Source: Eledone cirrhosa (Eukaryota). Taken from it: a stretch of 64,000 nt of DNA. Each line of letters starts with the position of its first letter. Position 1 is the first letter of the stretch. Shown here in pieces: positions 37,723-50,585 of this stretch. The notes beneath the pieces were generated by a model, which was given only the letters and a program-made list of their open reading frames with translations, was not told the origin of the DNA and searched no databases. The stretch lies in assembly GCA_964016885.1 (NCBI GenBank), contig OZ024753.1, forward strand, positions 30,628,001 through 30,692,000. Reading direction: 5' to 3'. The translations under genes were made by a program, and so were the position numbers.

Positions 37723-40008
37723 CACAAGACAGGGAGGAGAAACCGATAGTAATAAAAATTATCAATCTTACTAGTGCAGAACCAACACCCAACCTTATCA
37801 ACTTACTCTCCAAAGGTCTTAAATTCACACCGACCCCACTACGTCCTAACTACTATGAAATGAAGGAAGACATCACAGACTTCTGTAGAAAGTTACGACT
37901 TAGTGAACAACTATTCGACCAGTACAATGAGGATGAATCATTAGCCAGAAATAGAAGCAATTACACCCCTTCAAAAGGTAGAAATAAAATCCTGGACGAA
38001 TTCTGTGAACACATCACAAACTTCCCTTACCAACACTTGCACAGACAAAAACACAAGCCAAACCTCAACAAGAAAGAATGGGAAGAATTAAATAGATTAA
38101 AAACCGACAGAACTATTACAATTAAAGAGGCTGATAAAGGGAGTACAGTAGTCCTAATGGAGACAGAATTCTATATCAACTTAGCGCTCTCCACTTTGGA
38201 AAACGAAACATACTACGAAAAGGCTGAACACTACAATCAACAGAAAATTATGAGAAACCTAAAAACTCTAATCAACCAATACAAAGAAGGACTCACTAAC
38301 AAGGAATTCAGCTTCATCACAGACTTCACAAGTAAATACAGCCTTTTCTACGGTATCCCTAAAGTACATAAAAGCGAATCAATAAGTAAGGCATGCAAGG
38401 AAGCCACAGACATAGTCATCAATGTCCCCTCACCCAATGATCTCAAATTAAGACCTATAATAGCAGGCCCCGCTTGCGAAACGCACCGTCTTAGCAACTT
38501 CATTGATACCCTTCTCAAACCCTTCCTCAAGCACATCAAAAGCTATATAAGGGACGACCTAGATATGCTCAATCACCTCCCTAATATGCCACTTTCTGAA
38601 CAAACCCTACTAGTGACGTTCGATGTAGTCAACCTATACTCCAACATCCCCCACAACCTAGGAATAGAAGCTATCCAATTCTGGCTGGATAATTTCCACA
38701 ATGAACTCCCACAACGCATCAAAAAAGAATTCGTGATAGAGGGACTCAAATTTATCTTGGAGAACAATTACTTCGTTTTCAATAACAAACCCTACAGGCA
38801 GAAATCTGGGACCGCTATGGGAATGAAAACAGCCCCCCACTTATGCCAACCTAGTCATGGGATACCTGGAAATCACCCTCTACACTAAAGTCCTAAACAA
38901 ATTTGGAAACACCCTCCACTTACACATTGAAAGGAACTGGAAGCGATATCTAGATGACTGCTTCATCCTTTGGCACGAAAACATCGAAAAACTTAAAGAA
39001 TTTCACACCCTTATAAATGGGCTCAACACAAATATTAACTTCACGATGAAATACAGCCATCAACAACTCCCCTTCCTCGACATCCTCATTAAGATCCATA
39101 ACAAAAAAATAGAAACAGACATATACTACAAGCCCACAGACTCCAAGCAATATCTCCCCTTCAACTCTTGCCACCCTAGACACGTTAAAATTAATATTCC
39201 CTACAACTTAGCCAAGAGAATCTGTACTATAGTCTCCAATAAAAACATCTGCTACTTACGGCTACAAGAACTAAAGGACACACTCATAGGCAGGGACTAC
39301 CCTGCATCACTAATTGACAATGGAATCCAACGTGCCCTAAAACTCAGTACCCAGGACCTTAGACACCCTAAAGTAAATCAACCAAAACTAAAAGCTCTTC
39401 CATACATCTCCACACACAACCCCCTCAACAACGAGGCCTTTGACACCATCCTCCAGAACATCCCTGTATTGAAAAAGGACCATAGAATGAACCAAATTCT
39501 ACGAACACACGATATCATAAAGAGCAAAAGACAATCCAAGTCAATGAAAAACATCTTAACACATGCCAAAGTACTGCCAACCACAACAACGAAACCCACA
39601 GTAAAAAAATGCGATAGACCCAACTGTGGCATTTGCATCAACCTAATAGAGGGTTCGGAATTCTATTTCAAAGATGGACAACGTTTTATAGTAAAACACA
39701 ATTTCACATGTGCATCGGAAAATCTAATATATGTATTAACTTGTTCAGGTTGTCGAGAATAATACATAGGCCAGACCAAAAACAGCCTCCGCCAACGCAT
39801 GACTGTCCATAGATCCCAAATCAAAATACGGGAATACAGGAAAATACCACTGAGTGAACACATTGATACCTGTGCCGCACAAAATCATTCCAACTTCAGA
39901 ATCTTTCCCCTCTACAAATTTAAAGATAATGCCACCCACACCCAGCGCATCAGCAAGGAATCTTACTTCATTAACAAATACGGACCCCGTCTAAACACTT
40001 CTCCATAA
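37653..40008 (+). pseudogene. PLE reverse transcriptase plus GIY-YIG endonuclease, with one frameshift (~38833-38838) and one premature stop (39760-39762)
   Basis: IINLTS...LLSKGLKFTPTP, ADKG, FYGIPKVHK, LRPIIA, FDVVNLYSNIP, GTAMG, WKRYLDD, PFLDI, CDRPNCGIC linker, LIYVLTCSGCRE*YIGQT..LRQRMTVH, EH, ESYFINK. Confidence 0.95.
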
Positions 40009-40096
40009 GACGAACCCACAACATACACACGTCAACATACATACCTACATCAGCACACATCTCTACCCACATATAAACACAATGACATACGTAAAC

Positions 40097-40148
40097 ACAC
40101 ATGCTCTATGGTGCAACACAAAAAAATATATGTGCATATATATATGTA

Positions 40149-40244
<96 letters not shown>

Positions 40245-40373
40245 ATATATGTATGTGTATATATATATATAGTGAATATCATTTCACACCTTTTTTTGTT
40301 AAGATTTTTGATGTTCTATTAAGAGAACCCATTTTACTGAAAAAATCGAATAATGTACACCATTTTACCAGGG

Positions 40374-40405
<32 letters not shown>

Positions 40406-40454
40406 TAGTCCACCCACACACATACACACGCGTACATCAACATACAAAGAGACT

Positions 40455-40487
<33 letters not shown>

Positions 40488-40589
40488 GCACTTCTCCGTA
40501 TAAGACAAAAGCTGAAAAATATCTTTTGACATGCTAAAATACCCCCCATTGCTTTCAGACACATTCTTACTGACCATCGAATTACTCTG

Positions 40590-40647
<58 letters not shown>

Positions 40648-40719
40648 ATCTTAATAGCCATTTGACACACATCGCTGCTAACCATTATCACAACATCGAA
40701 CACCTTACTACTACTACTA

Positions 40720-40759
<40 letters not shown>

Positions 40760-41257
40760 TTGTTGTGAAAGAGTCATTTCTCAATCTTGGCGCAAAACCA
40801 ATTTTTTATTCACATGACCTCTACCGACCAATCAAAATTGTTTTGACCACAAGAATTTTTGCTGGAGCCACTTTTTTAACATAAAAACAGTCTTGGCGCA
40901 AAATCAATTTTTTACATTCACATGACCTCTACCGACCAATCAAAATTGTTTTGACCACAAGAATTTTTGCAAATTGGAGCCACTTTTTTAACATAAAAAC
41001 AGGTAGAATTCCCAAAACTAATCAGATCAGAGCAAACAACACGGACACTCTATCTCAAAATTATGTTTGAAAAGCATTTAGAAATGCGCAACCGGTAAAA
41101 ACTTAAAAACTTAAAACCACAACTGAATACTAACCCATACAATCACTAATACTCTTTTATTCCTAATTAAACCATTTTTCAACTGTGAACAATTTGTCAG
41201 CATTTTCTATTCCGTTTACCAATATATAATAACTTGTGTGTTACACCTCTATTCTTT

Positions 41258-41264
<7 letters not shown>
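40097..41264 (+). repeat. 3' pseudo-LTR
   Basis: Direct repeat of 35325-36385. Confidence 0.92.
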
Positions 41265-41311
<47 letters not shown>

Positions 41312-41344
41312 ATGGCTGACTGAATATGCTTGTGTGTTTTTTTA

Positions 41345-41521
41345 TCCCCTTTCTTAATCAATCTTTACTTTCTTTTTATGATCTATTTCTAACTCTATCT
41401 TCTGATAAAGGACTAACGTCCGAAATTTAAGACTCTGTTCTTTCTATTTCAAGCGTTAAACTAAACTAATATATTTCTTCCGTGTACTGTCATTTGTTTT
41501 GTTATTTCTGTTTACCTTTTA

Positions 41522-41524
<3 letters not shown>
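41345..41524 (+). mobile_element. Family A hammerhead element, core mutated
   Basis: TCTT-CTGATAA-AGGAC taac GTCC-GAAATTTAAGA followed by the family tail TATTTCAAGCGTTAAA. Confidence 0.65.
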
Positions 41525-41597
<73 letters not shown>

Positions 41598-42273
41598 CCT
41601 TTGTGCTAGCATTAATACAACTGTATTTACTGCTTATATCAGGCGCGGCGGCCATATTGTAAATTATCTTTCCAAATATATCATTAGGCATTTCGTTGTT
41701 AGATTCTTCATAAATAAAAATAAAATTATTTAGACAGATATCTAAACAGAAGCAAAATAAAAAAAAAAATGAAAGGAAAATGTCAGAGTTGGCATATAAA
41801 GTAACTCTTGTCCCGAGATGCCAAATATTCAAAATTAGAAATATATATCGGTACCTAATTAACTCAGTTACTTCGTTTATCTGTAGAGTGAAATAATTGA
41901 AATACATCTTATTGCATATTTAACTGAAAGCCGCATATTTCCCTACATCCAGACAAATAAATGCAAAGGAGTGGGAAGATTCTGTTAGCAGCCAGCTAAA
42001 TTAAACTAATTTGATGATTAGACCAGTATCTTAATGATGTACTATTACGTCATAACTACCCATCCGTATTTGCTAATCATACATAAAAAGAAAAATATTG
42101 CCTTTGTTTTATTCCGTAGTTTTCATTCTCCCTATGTCGTTGACTATTTTTGTATGTCGCCAAAATGTCATGTCTTCTTTTTTTATCGCTTTAAGATCGA
42201 TCTATCACTCAGAGTTTGATATAGTTTATATACATAAACTATGTAACTAAATAAGTATATATATATATATATA

Positions 42274-42315
<42 letters not shown>

Positions 42316-42419
42316 CGTCCGAAACGTTAAGACCCTCCTCCTGCTATCTCAAGCGTTAACCTAATATATTCCTTCCATATACTGTACCGATTGTGTTGTT
42401 ATTTCTGTATACCTTTTAC
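42316..42419 (+). mobile_element. Family A element, 5'-truncated inside stem II
   Basis: GTCCGAAACGTTAAGACCCTC...ATACCTTTTACA, nearly the reverse complement of 45639-45741. Confidence 0.75.
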
Positions 42420-43017
42420 ACACACCACACACGATAGTCATTGATAGACTAAAGGAAATGTAATAATATCTTAATAAATATCCACAATACTTCTTATGCA
42501 ATTGTCTGACATTGTTGATAGGTTATCTTTGAACTTAAGTTGAGTATTTGCGACAAAGATTCAAGTCTGCATATGAAGCTAAATCACACATCATTTATCT
42601 CTTTCCTATATTTGTAACCTGTCGTTAATAGTCCAGAGAGTGATCAACTGAGAATCAGTGACAATGGTTCTAGTCTGGATAAATAATACAGAGTGAGCAT
42701 GGTCTTTCCACACTGAGCTTTTTGTTTCATAGATGCCATTTTATTACTGAAAATTACAACTACTTCCTGTTGAAGAGAAAATATAAAATATGTTCAGAAA
42801 AACTTGAAATTTATATATTAAAACAATGAAAAAATAAAATTCCGAGATATGGTATTTTATAACCAGGGCAAGACTTTATTCTCACTCTGTACTTTTTCGT
42901 TGCCTCCATCTTAGCGTTCATTTTGAATTGTTTAGCCTTATATCAAATATCACTTTCCACATTCAATAATGTTTCATTTATTTCTCGTTCTCGTGAATCC
43001 AAACCGCTCTGAAGTTC

Positions 43018-43160
43018 TTCACTGGTGTTTTATTTTATCGACACTGGGGTAGTGAAAGACAAAGCTGACCGTAGAAGATTTTAGGCTCAGAAAGTATTAG
43101 ACTTAACTAAAAACCGAAAAGCATGTTGTTTGACACTCTACTGATTCTGCCTATCTACTA
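43018..43160 (-). mobile_element. Diverged SINE1
   Basis: ACTGGTGTTTTATTTTATCGAC...GAAAGACAAAG. Confidence 0.6.
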
Positions 43161-43299
43161 CCATAGCTGTTTTATGATATTACCAGTGCAATAACATTCA
43201 TGAATTAAGGACTGAGAAAGTTATTCATTTGTTGCTATTGGTGTTCAACCCTAGGCCAGCTTTGATCGGTGCAGTTGTAAACATCCCGATAGAGTTGTT

Positions 43300-44010
43300 T
43301 CTGTTTTCTTCTTTCTGAAACTGTGTATGTTGTTTTTTTACTTTCTGAAACTGTGTATCCTGTTTATTTATTTCTGAAACTGTATGCCGTTTTTCTTTCT
43401 TTCTGAAACTGTACATGCTGTTTTTTTTTTTTCTTTCTGAAACTGTACATGCTGTTTTTTTTTTTTTTCTTTCTGAAACTGTACATGCTGTTTTGTTTTT
43501 TTTTCTTTCTGAAACTGTACATGCTGTTTTTTTTTCTTTCTGAAACTGTACATGCTGTTTTTTTTTCTTTCTGAAACTGTATATGGTGTTTTTTCCTTTC
43601 TGAAACTGTATATGCTGTTTTTATTTATTTCTGAAACTGTACATGCTGTTTTTTTCTTTCTGAAACTGTATATGGTGTTTTTTCCTTTCTGAAACTGTAT
43701 ATGGTGTTTTTTCCTTTCTGAAACTGTATATGCTGTTTTTATTTATTTCTGAAACTGTATATAGTGTTTTTTTTTTCTTTCTGAAACTGTATATGGTGTT
43801 TTCTCTTTCTGAAACTGTATATGGTGTTTTCTCTTTCTGAAACTGTATATGCTGTTTTTATTTATTTCTGAAACTGTATATGGTGTTTTTTTTTCTTTCT
43901 GAAACTGTATATGGTGTTTTCTCTTTCTGAAACTGTATATGGTGTTTTTTTCTTTCTAAAACTGTATATGGTGTTTTCTCTTTCTGAAACTGTACATGCT
44001 GTATTTTTTA
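43300..44010. repeat. 30-37-bp minisatellite TTTCTGAAACTGTAYATGSTG(T)n
   Basis: About 21 units. Confidence 0.93.
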
Positions 44011-44088
44011 CTGCTTTTCTTCTTTTCTCTCTTTTTCCTTAAAGATATAGAGTAAGAGAGCACACACACAAATATATATCTGTGTGTG

Positions 44089-44203
<115 letters not shown>

Positions 44204-45399
44204 CTGTATGTATGCATGTATGTGTATGTATGCATGTGTGTATGTCTGTTGTGTGTTTGTTAATGTTCTGCACAAGAACGCTGTTTCACTTAACTTATAA
44301 CATCCTCTAGGTCTAATATATATATACAACAATAGTTATCTCTTAAATTCCACAAGGAGTATAGAGCGTATGTGTAGATAATTAGTATTTAAAATAAAAA
44401 ATACAATCTATACTTATGCTAAGCAGTTCAAACGGATACATAAAAGGATGAATTTATTTCGTTGATACAGACGCCATTGTAGGAAATAAATACTTCATTG
44501 ATGCAAAAGACTGTATGTTTATATTTGATAGCAATAGCACTTTTCCATAGAACGCGTGTTCGTAGTGCATGTATATGTGACAAACACTACTTGGGCGTAG
44601 TGTGTGTGTGTATGACAAACATGGTATTTGAAAATAGCAAATATAACCTTTGTATGTGTGTGTGTGTGTATGTATGTGTGTCTAAGTATGTATTTGTATG
44701 TATATGTATATGTATGTATATGTATATGTATGTATGTGTCTAAGTATGTATTTGTATTTGTATGTATGTGTGTCTAAGTATGTATTTGTATGTATATATA
44801 TGTGAGTCTAAGTATGTATTTGTATGTATATGTATGTGTGTCTAAGTATGTATTTGTATGTATATGTATGTGAGTATGTAGGAGACAAAACAAAGTTCTA
44901 TGACCAACAAAGCAATTTTATTCCTCAAGCCACTGCCATAAATGAAACTTAAGAGTCAGTCCACTTCGTGGTCCCGGTCGATAAAATAATAGCTTCTACA
45001 GACAAGGACATAATGAGAAATTTGTAAAATAAAATTACATTTATTTAGTTAGTTTCCATTCGCTTCTATAAGAAATGTAAATAGAGATAACGCCGTCGGC
45101 TCTTCCTCGTTTCTCAGTATATTTTTTCTTCTTTTAAAATTCCTTATTTATGACGGTGAGTCTAATCGCTGGCAAAGTGGTTGTTGCATGGAAAATTGTC
45201 CACAAAAGACACATCTGAAAGTCGGTGGAGGCCTTGGTAGGAGTTAACACATATTTCGTTATAGCCTTTTATCTTCTTAAGCTCTTCAATACACACAGAC
45301 GTACGTCAATACTCAACCTTTTTCCATTCAGAGGGCTTTAAAAAAAACCCACTATCAGACTAACTTCATTAGTCAAATACGACGTAAGCTTACATTTCT

Positions 45400-45451
<52 letters not shown>

Positions 45452-45586
45452 TTAAAGCTTAAGCAAAGAATCGCTGCTTTCACCCTAAACGGGATCTTCT
45501 GAAACTAAAAAAGTCAATCTGCCAATATATATATATAGTTCAAGGAAACGGCAAAACAGAGGTACAAAAATTCTTAGTTTTACGCG

Positions 45587-45623
<37 letters not shown>

Positions 45624-45724
45624 ATATGTGTGTGTGTGTAAAAGGTATACAGAAATAACAACACAATCGGTACAGTATATGGAAGGGATATCTTAGGTTA
45701 ACGCTTGATATAGCAGGAAGAGGG

Positions 45725-45760
45725 TCTTAACGTTTCGGACGGTAGTTCTTCATCAGAAGA
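45725..45760 (-). ncRNA. Minimal type I hammerhead (family A) in element 45639-45830
   Basis: TCTT-CTGATGA-A-GAAC tacc GTCC-GAAA-CG-TT-AAGA. Confidence 0.68.
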
Positions 45761-45871
45761 ATGAGAAATAAGATAGATTGAGGGGATGGGCGGGTTGGAA
45801 TTGGAAAACATATCTTTAGATAAAAATAACAGGTCCATTCATGTTGACATATATACACACACACAAAAGGG

Positions 45872-46040
45872 TGTGGTAAGATACCAGGTGGACAATAAAG
45901 CACCAGAGTACTCGATACTTGGGGTAGTAGAGTGGGTAATATGAAAAGATTCAGGACCCCGACGGCTGAGCTCCGGCCGTTTCGATCTAGCTGTCGAAAC
46001 GACCGGAGTTCAGTCGTCGGGGTCCAGAATCTTTTCATAT
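45872..46040 (-). mobile_element. Fold-back palindromic mini-element, family B (more diverged)
   Basis: Arms 45939-45985/45994-46040 with shortened centre; tail homologous to 15977-16042. Confidence 0.75.
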
Positions 46041-46618
46041 ATATATATATATATATATAAATGTAAGAAGATGGATTCGTCCTTGCATATAACATTAAAA
46101 CTAAAAAAAAAGATTTCAAACCTGTAAAAGTCAATAATGCCACCAACACAAAGTCATCTACAAACAAAACAATAAAGATTTAAAGGCAAGGAGCCTTGCT
46201 AATGATTTTGTTGAGTATTTTTCCACAGTAATTGTCTTCAAGGTTTCTAATCAAGTAATTTCTTCAACAGATACGGTAAATTTTTATATTTTATATTTAC
46301 TTTACCATAAGGAATAGACTGAGAAACGGGGGGGGGGGGGGGGGGGGGCTGGAAGCATTTCTGAATTGGGAAGCGGCAATTTGGTCAATTTAATTGAAAT
46401 GATAAGTTTAGCTCCTTGCAATCTTAAATGGTCATCAAACTTCGATAAGCGATAAACATAACATGTACATAAATTGTAGCGCATATACAAATAGATGGGT
46501 GTTTTGGTAGTTTGGGGAGATCCACCACCCCCGAGAAAGTATATCTGTCATATTACATTCTGTGCTTAATGTATATTTTAAACAACAAAACTAACTCTTA
46601 TTCATTGACTAATCAAAT

Positions 46619-46808
46619 AACTGTTTCTACTTTAGGCACAAGGCCAGCAAATTACCCAGTGCATTACTGGTACTTTATTTTATCGACCCCGTAAGGATGA
46701 AAGGCAAAGTCAACCTCGGCGGGATTTGAACTCAGATCGTAAAGGGACGTAACTATGCTGGAAAGCATGGCGTCCGACCCTCTACCGATACTGCCAATCC
46801 ACCGCCCT
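46619..46808 (-). mobile_element. Full-length SINE1 with ATTGACTAATCAAATAAC TSD
   Basis: Direct repeat at 46604 and 46809. Confidence 0.9.
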
Positions 46809-47321
46809 ATTGACTAATCAAATAACGATAAAATACTAATGTCATTTTTTTTTGTTCTTGTTATATTTCCAATATCCGTTCTTTGGTATGAACGTTTTAT
46901 TGTAAAAAGTACAAGTGTCATTTGGGGTTATGAAAACGGAAAAGGAAGGAAAAGGGAAGGGCTCTAGGGTCATAGAAGAATGAGAGGAGGAAGGTGTTGG
47001 GCTCTAGGTCTAGGGCACGGTGGTATGAACGGTCAATAAACGCCAAGATTAATGAGATATTAACATTATATCCGTGTGATAAACGATAACCACTTAAAAT
47101 ATATGTGAATGCATTTGTTATAAATGAAAAATATCTTTTTACAGATGCATATCTAATTACAGTCACATCTGCATTGTAGTTTTATTTTTTTGTGGAAAAT
47201 AAAACCCATGCACTATATATACTAAAAGCATTGGTGTGGGAGTGGGGGAGATGATATTTCGGCCACTATGGTGTAATAAAGTAGGGTAGTAGTAATTTCA
47301 GGATGATAAATCTTAGATTGC

Positions 47322-47470
47322 AAACCTGTCAACTCTCCCCGTCGGACGGGGAGATCTCCCACCCACTTTCGGTGAAAATTTGTATAGCTTTCATTATGTA
47401 AAATCTCCCCGGTTTGAGGTACTTTTTTTTTTTATTGTACTCCCCTTTTGAGTTTAAATGAGGTTGGCCG
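47322..47470 (+). mobile_element. SINE-free copy of the MITE-like element
   Basis: ACCTGTCAACTCTCCCCGTCGGACGGGGAGAT...AGCTTTCATTATGTAAAATCTCCCC...GAGGTTGGC. Confidence 0.7.
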
Positions 47471-47637
47471 ATATGAGATTGACAGCATCCTTACAGACTC
47501 TGAAAAAATAGGTTGCAATAGTTGTTCTGGATCATTACGTACCGAGTTCAAATCATATCAAAATCAACTTCGCCTTTTATCCTTTCCGTATCGATAAAAT
47601 CATATATGGTCAAATAGTAAGGTTGTTGTAACTTAAT

Positions 47638-48017
47638 CAGACCTGTCAACTCACCCCGTCTGACGGAGAGATGTCCCATCCACCCCAAAGTGGGTGGGTG
47701 AGAGATGTCTTCTCTTGTGAAAATGGGTATAGCTTTCATGTGGATTGGCAGTATCGGTAGAGGGTCGGACGCCATGCTTTCCAGCATAGTTACATCCCTT
47801 TACGATCTGAGTTCAAATCCCGCCGAGGTTGACCTTGCCTTTCATCCTTACGGGGTCGATAAAATAAAGTACCAGTAATGTACTGGGTAATTGCTGGCCT
47901 TGTGCCTAAAGTAGAAACAATTATGTAAAATCTACCCATTTTGTCTCATTTCTCTCCGTTTGGGCACTTTTTTTTCATGGTACTCTCCGTTTAGATTTTT
48001 AGAGGTTGGCAGGTCTG
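47638..48017 (+). mobile_element. MITE-like element (TIR CAGACCTGYCAAC) with SINE1 at 47740-47922
   Basis: Terminal inverted repeats CAGACCTGTCAAC / GTTGGCAGGTCTG. Confidence 0.75.
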
Positions 48018-48174
48018 CTTAGTAAGGCCTCCTCCTCAATTTTTGGTCTTCTGCCAATGATAGAAATAATTATTACGGTGATGTAAGACCGTCAGAAATG
48101 ATATCTCGCATAACTTTGTTCTCAGATTGAGAGTCACAAGCACTCACTTATGCTCAGATAGTCAAGATTAGTTG

Positions 48175-48615
48175 ACAAGACAAGAGGTCTTTGGACGCGC
48201 TGGAATGCCTAGCATGGAAATAATTACATTTGCGTTGGATGAGGAAAACACTGCCCAAAGCCATCCTTTATAGTTGCGTAGGGCGGATCTTGTTGTCAAG
48301 ATGGATGAGAAGAGACTGTCCAAAGCCATCCTCTACAGTGAGCAGGACATGTCAGTATGGATGAGTAAAAACTGCCCCAAACCATCCTTTACAGTGAGCT
48401 TAGATATTCAACAATTGCGTTGTGCGAGACACGTTGTTAGGATGAATGAGAAGAAACTGCTGAAAGCCATTCTTCACAATGAGTTTACATACTCAACAAG
48501 AATACAAGGTGAGCAGAACGATTTTCAATTGAACTTGAAGCGTTGCAAAATTCTATTCAGTGTTCAGGGGAAGATAACAGCAAAAGACCAGCAATGCTGG
48601 CGTTCTCTAACCACA
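48175..48615 (+). pseudogene. Decayed RTE/BovB-like ORF C-terminus with internal tandem duplications
   Basis: QQLRCARHVVRMNEKKLLKAILHNE resembles QLRWAGHVVRM..RLPK.ILYSEL; motif repeated 3-4 times. Confidence 0.6.
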
Positions 48616-49690
48616 CAGTATCTCCCTAAACTATTTAAATTTCATCCTGCCCAGGTCACTGCAAGCAGAGACCTGTATATATTAATACATACATATTCAT
48701 ACTTAGATATATATATAGAGAGACATGTATGTGTGTATATGTTTACGTGTGGATGTGTGTGTATAAATGAATGTTTAAACGCGTTTCGCCGTTGCTATTA
48801 AATAGTCCAAGGGAGATAACTACAAAATAATGTATAAAAATAAATATATATATAATTTTACTGAACAACAAAAATGTAAAATAAGATTAAAGACACAATA
48901 CTCTTGATTCACAACAATGAAATTTAAGAGATGAGAAATCGTGGGACATTGAGGGGATATGTGTTGAAGTATATATTTAAATCGATATATCTCGTATCGT
49001 CGTTATATACTGTGCAAATCCCAAGTAGATCACTAATAAATTTAGTTTCGTAATAATATTTTCAGAAACGTTTGTCAATAAATTTCTGTTTCTATAATTT
49101 CATCTTAAAGATATTTGATCAATTTCTAGGTTTCTTTAATTTTCTCGAAAATTCAAAGATATAAACTGCAATATAATAAACTTAATTCAACGTAAACTGG
49201 ATGTGGTAGTATAAATACGAAACTGTCGTTCTGAATAAACTTTTAAACTTCTAAGTAGGAAGAGTTTATTTTCAACATAATATATCTGGCTTTGAGCCTT
49301 CAAGTTATACGTCCTGTTCCAGTTGTTGTATAAATATCTCTTGTCACACATTGTTACATCTGTATTTTCGTCTCTGTGAAGTATTCACCTCATAACAACA
49401 CAGTAATATACTTATGTAAGTGTTATATTTATTGTATTTTTTTCTTTGGAAATTCGGTTTATTTATGTATACAAATGTTCCTCTTATATATGTAACACAC
49501 ATATATAAATTGCCTCCTGTGTTTTGTTCGTTCATTTTCAACTATATATATATATAAAGCAATGAGTTATTTAATTTGTTGGTTATTCAACAAATTTAGT
49601 TTATAACAGGTTCGAAGCACTCTACAGATCCTTCTGGAATATAATATCAATGATATTAATAAATGGAAACTATCTTTATAAAACCATATT

Positions 49691-49752
49691 TATTTTATTA
49701 TATATATTTCAAGGGTACCAACATTTTTGGTACGCCCTCATCAGATAAAATA
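49691..49752 (-). ncRNA. Apparently intact minimal type I hammerhead ribozyme
   Basis: TATTTTAT-CTGATGA-GGGCGTACCAA aaatg TTGGTACCCTT-GAAA-TATATA-TA-ATAAAATA: 8-bp stem I, long stem II, palindromic stem III. Confidence 0.7.
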
Positions 49753-50083
49753 TAAAAGTTGTTTTACAGATAGTGACATATTCAAAACAAGAAATTATCG
49801 TTTTCAGTTCCGAAACTTAAAACGATAAGTTCTTGTTTTGAATATATATATATAGAAAGAGAGAGTCTGCGGTGCTGAGACCTGGGATACCACTAATCAT
49901 GGGAGTATTCAATGCATGGGGAGATGCGGAATGGGTATAGAGATATATAAAATTCCGACAGCTGCTTAAAACGGGTTCGATTTCTGCGAACACACACAAA
50001 CAAGCCGAAAGCGCTTGGCGCCACGGTCAGGATTTTACATGTCTCTCTCTTTTTCTTTCTCTCTCACTCTATATATAAAATAA

Positions 50084-50585
50084 TAATAATGAAATCATTG
50101 TGTACAGTGCTCAGGTGCACTACAACTCATCAAAGGTGCATGTATAGTACATAGAATAATGTACAAATGTCAGGAAAATGAACAGTGTATGAGTCATGAT
50201 ATAATAACAATAACAATAATGAAATATTGTGTACAGTGCTCAGGTGCACTACAACTCATCAAAGGTGCATGTATAGTACATAGAATAATGTACAAATGTC
50301 AGGAAAATGAACAGTGTATGAGTCATGATATAATAACAATAACAATAATGAAATATTGTGTACAGTGCTCAGGTGCACTACAACTCATCAAAGGTGCATG
50401 TATAGTACATAGAATAATGTACAAATGTCAGGAAAATGAACAGTGTATGAGTCATGATATAATAACAATAATGAAATATTGTGTACAGTGCCCAGGTGCA
50501 CCACAACTCATCAAAAAAGTGCATGTACAGTACATAGGGCAATGCACAAACATCAGTAAAATGAACAGTGCACGAGTCATGATAC
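50084..50585. repeat. 129/129/123-bp tandem repeat forming the LINE 3' UTR
   Basis: TGTACAGTGC unit starts at 50101, 50230, 50359 and 50482. Confidence 0.95.

Noticed and set aside
39760-39762. Selenocysteine/readthrough in the PLE endonuclease, as in Naiad PLEs
   Set aside because: The stop is TAA, not TGA, at a non-Cys position; the domain order is RT then EN, not Naiad-like.
42615-42790. Strong minus-strand acceptor (TTTTCTCTTCAACAG) and possible exon
   Set aside because: All three frames hit stops; cannot be supported as coding.
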